A stretch of DNA of 64,000 bases. It comes from Hemiscyllium ocellatum. Taxonomy: Eukaryota. Below are positions 51,909-63,183 of this stretch, in pieces. The position numbers and the translations under genes are program-made. The DNA is taken from positions 30,553,575 through 30,617,574 of the forward strand of contig NC_083425.1 of assembly GCF_020745735.1 (NCBI RefSeq), given 5' to 3'. Positions within the stretch are counted from its first letter, which is position 1. Each line of letters opens with the position of its first letter. A model generated the notes under the pieces. That model had not been told where the DNA came from, searched no databases, and worked only from the letters and a program-made list of their open reading frames with translations.

Positions 51909-52387
51909 TAGGTATTGGAGAAGCTAGAAAGTAGAAAATGATACGGTTTTGTTTTGTGGTTACCTTACTGTAATAACAAGTGATGAGAGCCTGCTGTCCT
52001 TGAAAAGTATCAATGACCTAATGAATGTATTTATTTACTTCTGCCTGGTTCATCAATGCTCTGTCACAACCACAAATGATCCTCTGCCATAGATGTTGTG
52101 AAGGTGAACACTTCATGGTCATTGACAGAACAGTATGAGGAGATGAGCATAACTTCTTGCAGCAGTTCAAAGATGTAATTTGTGTTTTTGTCAATGTGCA
52201 TTTTGTCGATGCATAGTTCCTCAGAAATTTTATCGCAAGACCTATGGTGCCACATATTCTATGGAGTTGTTATAACTTGTGGACTACATCTTTTTAAAAT
52301 GGTGCCTGACTTTCTTTAGTTTCATCCTGAGTTCCTACTCTCCCTTTCTATGATAATGTATATGTTTTGTTCATGGTTAATGCCATT

Positions 52388-52396
52388 ACTTGCCTC
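52388..52396 (-). promoter_or_regulatory. Non-canonical GC 5' splice site (GAG|GCAAGT)
   Basis: Only this junction keeps ...TSRE|VSSQ... in frame. All other positions match the AG|GYAAGT consensus. Confidence 0.85.
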
Positions 52397-52540
52397 TCTT
52401 GATGTGGGTTTCCCTCTGAAGAACTCATTGTTTTTTGAGTTGTGAGGTGGGTTGAATCGGGGTTGCAGGAAAATACATCCATTAGCAATGGCTTCCAGAG
52501 GGGCAGGACCTTCATATGGGAACCCCAATCCAATGAAGAG
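52394..52540 (-). CDS. MGAT5B: MGAT5B coding exon (147 bp, phase 0/0): LFIGLGFPYEGPAPLEAIANGCIFLQPRFNPPHNSKNNEFFRGKPTSRE
   Basis: Contains the GT18 signature GFPYEGPAPLEAIANG. Acceptor ...ttctctag, donor GAG|GCAAGT (GC-AG). The residues CIFLQ and EFFRGKPTSRE match MGAT5B better than MGAT5, from recalled vertebrate sequences. Confidence 0.95.
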
Positions 52541-53209
52541 CTAGAGAATAAAAGCAAAGGCAAAGATAAAGATAATTAGGAATGAATCGCTGATATGACA
52601 GTGGTCAAGCAGGAAGATACCAAGACTAGGAGAGACACAGTTTTAAACATGCATTGTAGGTAAGAGTTGAAAGCTATGATTGAGCATATTTCATCCAGAC
52701 AAGGTCAGCACAGTTAGCTTTCAATATGCCAACACATCTCAAGGAACTTCATAGAGAAACGTGTTAAGGCAGACAATCAAAAGTTTAGTCAAGCTTTTAA
52801 AAAATGCTTTAAAGGAGGAAAAGGAGATGGAGATGTTTGAAGAAGTCTAGAGCATCCAAACCCAGCAGCTAAAGGAGCAACCCCACTTGGCCATGTGTTT
52901 ATAACTGATTATATTCAAAAAGTCAGATTTGGAGGAGTTCAGAGGATTGTGGACTGGAGGAGATAACACAGGGGCAGACTTGTAGGTGACTTTAGTATAG
53001 CAAAAAACATGAAGATACAAAAACAACAATCTGGACGAGTTGCTGAAGTTCCTAGCATTACTTCTTAATTATCATTACCAGTGGCATACTAGGAAATAGG
53101 GTGGCATAGGAGACAGTGAATGACATACCAGAGATATTTTTGATTCCGAAGATACAGTACTAGATTTCCCTGCTTTATTTACTTCTAAACAACATCACAT
53201 AAATACAAT

Positions 53210-53517
53210 GGCTACAAAAGCATAATTAGAGGATAGGAATCTTACAATGAGTAACTTACTTCCTATCTCTCCAAAGTCTTTCCACATCTACAATAAACAA
53301 GTCAGGAGTGTGATGGACTGCTCCCTACTTGCCTAGATGAGTGCAACTCCAACAACACCATCCAGAACAAAGCAGACTGCTTGATTGGTATCACATCTGC
53401 AAACATTGACTTCCTTCACCACAGATGCTCAGAAAAAGCAGTGTGTACCATCTGCAAGATGCACTGCAGGAATTCAGCAAGGGGCTTTAGAGAGCACCTT
53501 ACAAATCTAAGACCACT
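53210..53517 (+). mobile_element. Fragment of a different LINE family (CR1/L2 group), resuming at about 54953-55006
   Basis: caagtcaggagtgtgatgga...gcctagatgagtgca...catccagaacaaagca (QVRSVM...IQNKA); interrupted by a CR1. Confidence 0.5.
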
Positions 53518-54950
53518 CGTGTTGTATTTGGACTTCTGGAAGTGTTCAACAAGGTATCTCTCAAAAGGAAAAGTCATCCAATAAGAGCCCATGGTGTTGG
53601 AGGTAGTATATTGGCATATGTTTCACTGCGATCAGTGCTGTTTACAAAATATATGTTAATGACTGGGAAGAAGGATGTGGATGTTCTGTAGTCCAAATTG
53701 CATATGATACATTTGCATAGGTGGAAAGACATGATATGAGAGGGATAGAAACAGAGAGATATTGGTCAGTTATGTAAGTGGGCAAAAAGTTAGCAAATGG
53801 TTTATAATGTTAGAAAATGTGAAGTTGTTAATTTTGGAAGGGAGAACCAAAAGAACAGAGAATTATTTAAATAGAGAAAAACTACAGAAAGCTGAAACCC
53901 TTTGGAGTACTTGTACATGAAACACAGAAAGCTAGCACACAGGTGCAGCAGATAATCAGCAAGGCTAATGAAATGTCAGCCCTTGTTTCAAGGGATTGAA
54001 ATAGGAAGTATTACTGCAACTGTACAAGGTGCTGATGAGACCACATCTAGAATACTATGAGCAGTTTTGGTCCTCTTATTTCAGGAAAGATATCATTTCA
54101 TGGAGGCTGTTCAGAGAGGTTTCACTAGGATGGTATCGAGGGATTGCCTTATGAACAAAGGCTAAATAGGTTGGGACTTAACTCACTGGAGTGTTCTGCC
54201 TCGGAAGACTTCAACCCCAGGACATCAATGTGGACTTCACCAGTTTCCTCATTTTCCCTCCCCCCACCTTATCCCAGTTCCAATCTTCCAGCTCAGTACC
54301 ATCCTCATGACCTGTCCTACCTGCCAATCTTCCTTCCCACCTATCCGCTCCACCCTTCTCTCCGACCTATCACCTTCATCCCCACTTCCATCCACCTATT
54401 GTACTCTTGGCTACCTTCCCCCCAGCTTTGCCCCCCTTCCCATTTATCTCTCCAGCCCGGAGGCTCCCTGCCTCATTCCTGATGAAGGGCTTTTGCCTAA
54501 AACGTTGATTTTCCTGCTCTTCTGTGCTTTTCCAGCGCCACTCTAATTTAGTCACTGGAGTTGAGAAGAATTAGACGTGGTCTAAGTGAAACATATTGGA
54601 TTCTTCAGAGGCTTGACAAGGTAAATGCTGAGAGAATGTTTCCCCTCATGGAAGAGTCTAGACCAGGCGGCATAGTCTCACCAATTTAAGACTGAGTTGA
54701 GAAGGAAATTCTTCTCTTAGAAGATTGTGACTCACTGCACCTTCTTGCCACAAAGGGCAGTGAGGCAGAGTCTTTGTGTATACTTAAGGCTGAGATAAAT
54801 TCTTAATCAGTTGGAGATATAAGGTTACAGAGAAAAGGCAGGAAAAGTGGATATGTTGAATGTCAAATCAGCCATGATCCTACTGAATGGCGGAGCTGGC
54901 TCAAGGGTCCAAATACCTGTTATTGTTTGTATTTGTTATGGTCTTATGGT
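53518..54950 (+). mobile_element. Degraded CR1 RT and 3' fragment, interrupted by a PLE
   Basis: VLYLDF, LYKVLMRPHLEYYEQFW, 3' UTR. Confidence 0.8.
54193..54551 (+). mobile_element. PLE 3' fragment with TSD
   Basis: cttcaaccccaggacatcaatgtggacttc..., CTGATGA at 54479. tcactggagt at 54183-54192 and 54552-54561. Confidence 0.85.
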
Positions 54951-55009
54951 CGCCTCGAAAGACAAGCAGATACCTGGTAACACCACCACCTGCAAAATCC
55001 CCTCCAGCT

Positions 55010-55415
55010 GTACATAGAGTCAAAGAAATGTACAGCACGGAAACAGATCCTTCAGTCCAACTTGTCCATGCCAACCAGATTTCCTAAACAAATCTAGTCC
55101 CATTTGCCTGTTTTTGTCCCATATCCCTTTAAACTCTTCCAACTCACATACCCATCTAAATATATATTTTTTTAAGATTCCCTACAATGTGGCACAAGTC
55201 CGCACTGACCCTTTGAAGAGTCACCCAACCAGACGTCTTTCCCTGCATTTACCCCTGATTAATGTACTAACACTATGGGCAATTTAGCATGGCCAATTCA
55301 CCTGACCTGCACATCTTTTAAAAGGTATCAAAGGGCCAGCTTTTTCATGCAGAGGGTATGGAATGAGCTGCCAGAGGAAGTGGTGGAGGCTGGTACAATA
55401 ACAACATTTAAAACA
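55010..55415. mobile_element. Cluster: CR1 tail (-), HE1 SINE fragment (-, about 55174-55317), CR1 fragment (+)
   Basis: Recognisable short pieces of each, e.g. gggcaatttagcatggccaattcacc and WNELPEEVVEAG. Confidence 0.65.
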
Positions 55416-55809
55416 TGGGCAGTACAGTGGCTCGGTGAATTAGAATACCATACAGGATGAAATACTTCTGAGCAATTTAGTCATGCTTCCTGTTTTTCTC
55501 TGTTATGTTCTCCATTTATTTTCATTATTTTGAATCTTTTTGAATTAATTATTGTACTTCTAATCTGTTTCCTTCAAGGTAAAGAATTGAGCATCTTACT
55601 TGATTTTTTTCTGAGCCTACAAGAGGAACACTGAGAAAAACATTGTTCACAAATAAGCTGTAAACTACCTGAAAGGCTTCTTTTTTTCCCCTCCAGTGAC
55701 TAAAAATCTATAACTCTGGAGATTGTGTGACACAGTTTTTTCTGCTTTGTTTCCATGGAAAGAAAAGCTTCTGCCAGAAAGTTTTAACTCATGCATAGCC
55801 ATAGAATGA

Positions 55810-57025
55810 CAGTGTCATAGAGATGTATTGTATGGAAACAGAGCCTTCAGTCCAACTCATCCATGCTGACCAGATACCCTAAAGTAATCTAATCCCATTT
55901 GCCAGCATTTGGCCCATATTCCTCTAAACCCTTTCTATTCATATGTCCATCCAGATACCTTTTAAATGCTGTATTTGGACCAGCCTCCACCACTTCCTCT
56001 GGCAGCTCATTCTATACCCCACCACCCTCTGTGTGGAAACATTGCCCCTTAGGTCTCTTTTATATCTTTCCTCTCTCACTCTAACCTATGCCCTCTAGTT
56101 CTAGACTCACCCATCGCTGGGAAAAAACCTTGTCTATTTATCCTATCCATGCACCTCATGACTTTATAAACCTCTGTACGGTCACCCGTCAGCCTCTGAC
56201 ATTCCAGGGAAAACAGCCCAGGCCTATTCAACCTCTCCCTATAGCTCAAATCCTCCAAATCTGCCAACATCCTTGTAAATATTTTCTGAACCCTTTCAAG
56301 TTTCACAACATCTTTTTGATAGGAAGGAGACTGGAATTGCATGCAATATTCTAAAAGCAGCCTAACCAATGTCCTGTACAGCTGCAACATGGCCTCCCAA
56401 CTCCTATACTTAATGCTCTGATCAATAAAGGAAAGCATACCAAACGCCTTCTTCACTACCCTATCTACTTGTGACTCTGCTTTCAAGGAATGATGAATCT
56501 GCTCTCCAAGGTCTCTTTGTTCAGCAATACTCCCCAGGATCTTACTAAGGTCTTTACTTACACTTATTAAGTGTATAAGTCCTGCTTTGATTTGCTTTTC
56601 CAAAATACAACACCTTGCATTTATCTAAATTAAGCTCCATCTGCCACCCCTCAGCCCATTGGCTCATCTGATCAAGATCCCGTTGTAATCTGAGGTAACC
56701 TTCTTTGCTGTCCACTACACCTCCAATTTTGATGTCACCTGCAAATTTACTAACTATAACTCCTATGTTCACATCCAAATCATTTATGTAAATGACGAAA
56801 AGCAGTGGAACCAGCACCGATCCTTATGGCACACTACTGATTACAGATCTCCAGTCTGAAAAGCAACTCCCCACCATCACTCTCTGTCTTCTACCTTTGA
56901 GCCAGTTCTGTATCCAAATGGCTAGTTCTCCCTGTATTCCATGTGATCTAGCCTTGTTTACCAGTCTCCCCTGAGGAACCTTGTCGAACACCTTACTGAA
57001 GTCCATATAGATCATGTTTACTGCT
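55810..57025 (-). mobile_element. 5'-truncated CR1 (about 1.2 kb)
   Basis: Minus ORFs with YMDFSKVFDKVP, PLLFVIYINDL and LYRTLVR.LLEYC; closely similar to 35500-36690. Confidence 0.92.
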
Positions 57026-57991
57026 ATGGAGGCTGATTAAGCCCTGGAGATTGATTAGTGGGTTAAGTTCATGAAATAAGACAATGTGATACATGAGTTG
57101 AGATTTTCACTTTTTATTTGTCATGATTACCAATTATGTGTTCATCTTTGTCTATGCTATCGTTATTTATAATTCATCCAATACATTTATCCTATGTTCG
57201 CATCATACTACACTGTTTCCTGATTGTCTTGATCTCATAGTCTCCATTGTTTTCATTGCATTTTCTTTCCACCTTTGCTGTGTATGCCTAAAAAAAGTTG
57301 CACGTCTTTGTAAAAGTAATAGAACAGCTATAGCAGTAATTTACAAAATATCAATTGCATCTTTCCACCCAATGCATTATGAATAGAAATGGCAATATAT
57401 TGAAATAGACTTACAATTTAAACAACATTTATTAAATAATGCTTTTTTGTCTTGGAGAATAGATGTAATGGGGCAACAAACACAAACTGCATGGAGTGGA
57501 GAAATATTTAAAGAGCACTATGTATTGAACAGAGGATTTTTAAGTGCTTGCTATTCTTAGCAAATGAACAGATTTATACATAAAAGAGTACAAATCCATG
57601 ATTATTTGTTTATTTTCCTTTCCTTTAAACCTGTAAAATATCTTAGATTGAGTCAAAACAGAAGGATTGTGATGAAGGTTCATAACATATTGGTATTGAT
57701 TATGGAAGAAATATTAGTTTAGAGTTTCAGTTTGCAGTTCTGTGTAGATCTGACTTTTAAAGATAAAGGTAGGAAAGTAATTTTGAACAATTAATTGCAA
57801 ACAGCATTTTGGCTAAATGACAACAAGCCAACTGGGAAATAATTGTGAAAATATTTGCAGATTTGCACTTTATAAGCTGGTGGTGGTGAGGCAGAAGTAT
57901 GTTCAAGTAGAGAAAAGGCAATCAAACTATCCATAATAGCAGTGTTAATACCAGTATCCAAGCTGTCAAAGCTCTGCAGAATTCCTGAGAA

Positions 57992-58150
57992 TTGACGTGA
58001 TGTTTCAGGCAAAAGCCCTTCATCAGGACAGGCTTTTGCCCAAAACGTCATGTCGATTTTCCTGCTCCTCAGATGCTGCCTGACCGGCTGTTCTTTTCCA
58101 GCACCACTCTATCCTCTGGTTTCCAGCATCTGCGGGCCTCACTTTTGCCT
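57992..58150. mobile_element. PLE-terminus mini-element with a short inverted hammerhead copy, 14-bp TSD
   Basis: gtttcaggcaaaagcccttcatcagg (minus) joined to aggcttttgcccaaaacgtc (plus). agaattcctgagaa at 57978-57991 and 58151-58164. Confidence 0.85.
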
Positions 58151-58640
58151 AGAATTCCTGAGAAGCTCTGTGTAATGATCCCAATTGATGTTAATACTGA
58201 ACAAGTCAGATAATGGAGTGAAACCTGAAAAAGCGGACCATAGGCTTTACTTTTGCATTTATTTACCATGGTTGTCAGCCATTGAAAACATTCACAAGAG
58301 GTTGCAAATGCATTTTTCACAGACCACGAAGATTTATAACAACAAAAGGAGAGAAACACTTATATTACACTGTTCAAAAATTATATGAAACAGACTGATG
58401 ACCAATATCAGAAGTAGATAATCAACCCTCTACAACTATTAATTTATACTCAAACATCATTGAAGTATAACATATCTTCCATTTTAAAGATTCTCAAAGA
58501 GTGTGCATGGCTGTGCTCGCTTTTTTTTAGACAAACATCGCATTCATTCAATCCTTTGTTTCTTTAGTTAATATCTCTTTATGAGATCCTTAAATAAACT
58601 GATAGCATAGCCTACTTACGCATTTAAAAGCCTTGTGGGA

Positions 58641-59149
58641 CATCCGCATCTCCAGGACACCTTCACCAATCAACCCCACCATCCCGTGGCCAAACATTTC
58701 ATGTTCCCCTCCCACTCTGCCGAGGACATGCAGGTCCAGGGCCGCCTCCACCACCTGATGCCTGGCAGAAGAATGTCTCATCTTCCACCTTGGAACACTT
58801 CAACTCCAGGGCATCAATGTGGAGTTCACCAGTTTCCTAATTTCCCCTTCCCCCACCTTAGGCCAGTTCTAACCTGCCAGTTCAGCACCATCCTCATGAC
58901 GTATCCTACCTGCCAATCTTCCTTCCCACCTATCAGCTCCACCCTCCTCTCTGACCTATCACCTTCTTCCCCACCTCCATCCACCTATTGTACTCTTAGC
59001 TACCTTCTTCCCAACCCCATGCCCCTCCCATTTATCCCTCCACCCAGAGGGTCCCTGCCTCATTCCTGATGAAGGGCTTTTGCCTGAAACATTGATTTTC
59101 CTGCTCCTCGGGTGCTGCCTGACCTGCCGTGCTTTTTCAGCAAAACCCT
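58641..59149 (+). mobile_element. PLE 3' fragment with 12-bp TSD
   Basis: HPVAKHF.FPSHSAEDMQV remnant; CTGATGA at 59066, GAAA at 59086. agccttgtggga at 58629-58640 and 59150-59161. Confidence 0.85.
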
Positions 59150-60234
59150 AGCCTTGTGGGATGTCTAATTCTCTCACAACTTAAATCTTTCTGTTTGTAG
59201 AACCTACCACTTATGAACTTCTGCCTTGGCTATTTTAGAGACTACTAAATCCCACTGTTCTTTTTGCAAAACCTTTTCTCACTGAAAGAAACCTGCTTCT
59301 CTCTGTGAAAGAAATCTACCCACTCACTAACCTTCTGGATGGTTTGTCTTTCTTTTGAAAAGAAAACTTATTTCTGTCACTGCCTTGTGATGTCATAGGA
59401 GACCTTATTGCTATGTACCAGCCCATTTATTTTCTCTCTTCAATCCTTGTTGTTTTCTTAAAAGCACTGAAATATTCACCTCCATGGTTTTTCAAAGACC
59501 ATATTTAAATGTATGTAAATACATTTTCAAACTACCTGGTGCCACTCACAGAATTAATCTAAAATTAAATAATGTTGTTCCTTCTTAACCCACATGATAT
59601 GCAAATACAAATCAAACTTTATATTGTACATAATACATTCATTACAGAAAAATAACAGCAGCAGAAGAAAGCTGGAATTATTAGTAAGGAAGCCATCCTA
59701 CAAGACAGACGAAGACATGGGTTTAGGAAACCCATTTTAAATCAAAAATGAGCTGAATTAGCAGCTTGATTTAAGAATTAACACAAGAAAATAACATCAA
59801 GTGAAATACACAGAAATCTGTTAAAAGGAAACCAATTGTAGCTGTGCTAGTTTAGCAAGATTTATTATGGATGTTGGAGTGACCTTCCACTAAGGTTTGA
59901 CCTCCTGTGAGACTATTGCAGGGATAAAAGGGATGGATCTTTCTTTCTGATATTTATAATGGCATCATTCCAATGGTCTTATATGGAGTGGTGTAATCCA
60001 TGTTTTATTTCTTTAGTATGATAAACCTTTGTTCAACGTATAAAGGCAGCATCTTGTGCATATGTTCAGTGACTGACCTCCACATTAAACAAGAAGTAAA
60101 ACAAAATTCATGGTCTATCAAGTCAGGTTCACATTATAATTTTGTTTGCTTAGAATTACCATTAGTTGGAATCAAATTAGTTGGATCAGTTTCCAACGAT
60201 TCACATAGATTCTTCTCAGATCCCATTGCATTAT

Positions 60235-60370
60235 CTAATGCCTCATCAAATACCTTCAAGCTGATTTTGTATCCAATTGGCTAGCTCCCCCAGATACCAT
60301 TGATCTAACTTTATTAACCAGTCTATCGTGTGGAACCCCGTCAAAAGCTTTACTAAAGTCCATATAGATA
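60235..60370 (-). mobile_element. CR1 RT fragment
   Basis: Reverse complement of IYMDFSKAFDGVPHDRLVNKVRS. Confidence 0.75.
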
Positions 60371-61169
60371 ATCTGCTTTTTTATTATAAACCATAGAATA
60401 TTAGATTTATGCCATCACAAATGGAATACAACTAGCTCATAAAGAAAATTTATCTTCAGTGGAGAACATATTGTGATAATTTGTGTACATTTCGCTTGGA
60501 GGTTTGAATAGTCATTTTTGATTTGGGAAAACACACTTTCATACAAAAGATCAAAATAGCAAATATAGGAGATACAGGAGCAAAAAAAAATCATTTTGCC
60601 TAATGAAGCAAATTCTTTTGTTGCAGTCACTGCACTGAGTAAAAGCAGAACTGAAAATGAGAAACAACTAACTGGGTGCCAATTATCTTTAACAGTCTGC
60701 TTTGCAAAACGTGCTCTAAAGTTTGTTTAAAGTCTAGCCCAGATTATAAAATCACATTCAATTACTGAACAGATTTTGCAGATAACCTTGATATGTGTCA
60801 ATGTGATTTTCAGACATTTTCATTTCAGTCTAAAAAAAATTTTGCAGATTTGCCCTTAATTGGATTAGTTTAGGGGAATGGGAATATGTGTAATTTCCCT
60901 GGAGATCATGCATATGTAAGTGAGAGGTGCACGCATTGAGAAACATGTATTTGCATGACACTGACAGCAACATAATATAGACATGAAACATAATGCTGTT
61001 TGTAATGTTAATACTGTTTATGAGAAATGCACATGTGAGATATGCACAACAATGTTCATTAAGTGTTCAATCAAGGATAAAGATTTACATTATATGGGTT
61101 TTGGGTAATACTATAAATAGACAAACCAGGTCAATGACCCCAATCAATATATCAGTAAAAGCTAATGCA

Positions 61170-61775
61170 CAGGTACAGAAAGTAATCAGAGGCTAATGGA
61201 ATGTTGCCCTTTACCTCAGGATGGCTGGAATGCACAAGTAAGAAATGTATACTTCAGCTCTTTAGAGCCTATGCCAGACCCTGGTACTGCAATTCAACTC
61301 AGAGTGCTGAACCTTAGGAAACCAATATTGATGTAAGAGGAAGTACAGCGAAGACTCACCAAAATAGTAACAGGGCTTGAAAAACTAAACCATGAAAGGG
61401 TAATATTAAATTTCACTCTATTGCCTTGAGTTCAGAAGTCTAAGGGATGATCTAGTGGAGGTCTTCAACATTATAACTTGATTTAACAGCTTAAACACAG
61501 TAAACTCATTCTTAGAACTGGACAAAGTGGAAGTGAAATTAGGATACATTTATATTCATGTAATAGGCATTTAAAATTTAGAATACTATAGCCCAAAACC
61601 TGTCGAGGTAATTGGAAGTTTTAAGAAAAAGATCACTAGATTTTTCCAGGGTAAAGGTATCAGGTGATATGGAGTGATGGTGGCTATAGGTCTGAGTTAT
61701 ATATAAATTGGTATTGAACTGAATAACACAATGGGTCAAAGGGATTAAGTAATATACTGCTCTTTCTGAATATTG
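61170..61775 (+). mobile_element. Old CR1 3' fragment
   Basis: QVQKVIR.ANGML, RGDLVEVF remnants. Confidence 0.55.
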
Positions 61776-62840
61776 ATAAGGCACTAGGGGTGCCTTCCAA
61801 GGAAGGCCTGCTGGATCACACATCAATCACACAATCACAAGGGAACTGTTGGATCTTCACTGTATTTCAAGACCCTGAGGATGGAAACCTTGCTTAGAGC
61901 AGGTCAGATTCAATAGTGCTTGTGCTCAGCAGTGCCATAATGTGGCTGCTGGCAGAAGGACAATCTTGGAGTCCCAGGATTGTGAAGGCAAGTGATGGGG
62001 TGGGTATGGGGATTTGGGTTGGGAGTTGAGGAAAGGAGGCAGTAGTGGCAGAGGTGAGGGCGAGGCGGTGGCTGCCAACAGGCATTGCCTGTACCTGCTA
62101 ACCAGTCCCATAATCAGATACTGATTACCTGTGACCCTATAAGGTGACTAACTGTATGCAGTGTACCAGACATATTGCTGAACAGCAACAGGCTCACCCA
62201 CAACTGGGTTTATCTCTGTGGTGACAGACTGAGGATGTGGTGGTCTTTAATTTGTCACTTAAATGCCTCAGCTGGTGGCAGGACAAGAAAGCTGGCAAAT
62301 GGCCTTTCAGTGCGCAATATAAGTTGAAGGGTAACTGCGTATGCCACCACTCAATCTAATTAAGTATCCTTTTTGCCTTCAAGCTCACCGTCTGCAGGAG
62401 CAGAAGATTCCACCCTATGTTTAAATTGCAGTCAGGATGCCTTCATTCTCTCACTAATACAATCATGCACCAAGAAGATATCACTTCTGGTGCAAGCACA
62501 TTACATGTTTCTTTGGAATTTCTTTGCAGTCCTCATGGCCAAAATGTACAATAGCTTCACAATATATAAACATGACCATCACTGTCCATCCCTCACATTT
62601 GTAAAAAAAAAATGTAGTGTCACACTCCATTAACACATTTGGATTAAAAAGGCACCATTGTGGACTGTTCTGGGCTAAGTCTTTCTGCAGTCCATGTCCC
62701 CAGCTCCATTGATTAGTTGTTTTCCTGCCACAAGTTTAGAAACTTTTTTGTAGCATTGCTGCTGCAAGAATGAGTTAATAGTGTCCTGAAGAGAGAAATA
62801 AGCCACCTGAAACTCTGATTGTTGGGACCAATAATGTGTT

Positions 62841-63055
62841 GGGGTAAAAAATGAGGTCTGCAGATGCTGGAGATCACAGCTGAAAATGTGTTGCTGGTTA
62901 AAGCACAGCAGGTTAGGCAGCATCCAAGGAATAGGAAATTCGACGTTTCGGGCATAAGCCCTTCATCCTGATGAAGGGCTTATGCCCGAAACGTCGAATT
63001 TCCTATTCCTTGGATGCTGCCCAACCTGCTGTGCTTTAACCAGCAACACATTTTC
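62841..63055. mobile_element. Young PLE fold-back: 87-bp arms (1 mismatch), 2-nt loop, 40-nt tail, 14-bp TSD
   Basis: Arms 62881-62967 and 62970-63056. accaataatgtgtt at 62827-62840 and 63056-63069. Confidence 0.92.
62964..62999 (+). ncRNA. Minimal type I hammerhead ribozyme motif (core intact; stem I shortened by the inversion)
   Basis: CUGAUGA-A-GGGC-uuau-GCCC-GAAA-CG-UC|gaau. Confidence 0.7.
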
Positions 63056-63183
63056 ACCAATAATGTGTTTACCATCAATAATATTTCAGGAATAAGTAAA
63101 AAAACAGAGGAGTGACTGAGAAGGAGGGTGGTTTAGGATTCATGTGGTTGAGTCGAATCTGACACAGAAGTGAAGTAAGGAAA

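Noticed and set aside
52322-52393. ORF extension ASNGINHEQ... as coding
   Set aside because: Read-through into the intron past the GC donor; homology resumes at 37770.
57590-59495. Minus-strand NNHG (about 57600) and KNHG (about 59485) words as the next upstream MGAT5B exon
   Set aside because: The surrounding frames have stops and no further similarity; the upstream exon probably lies beyond the window.
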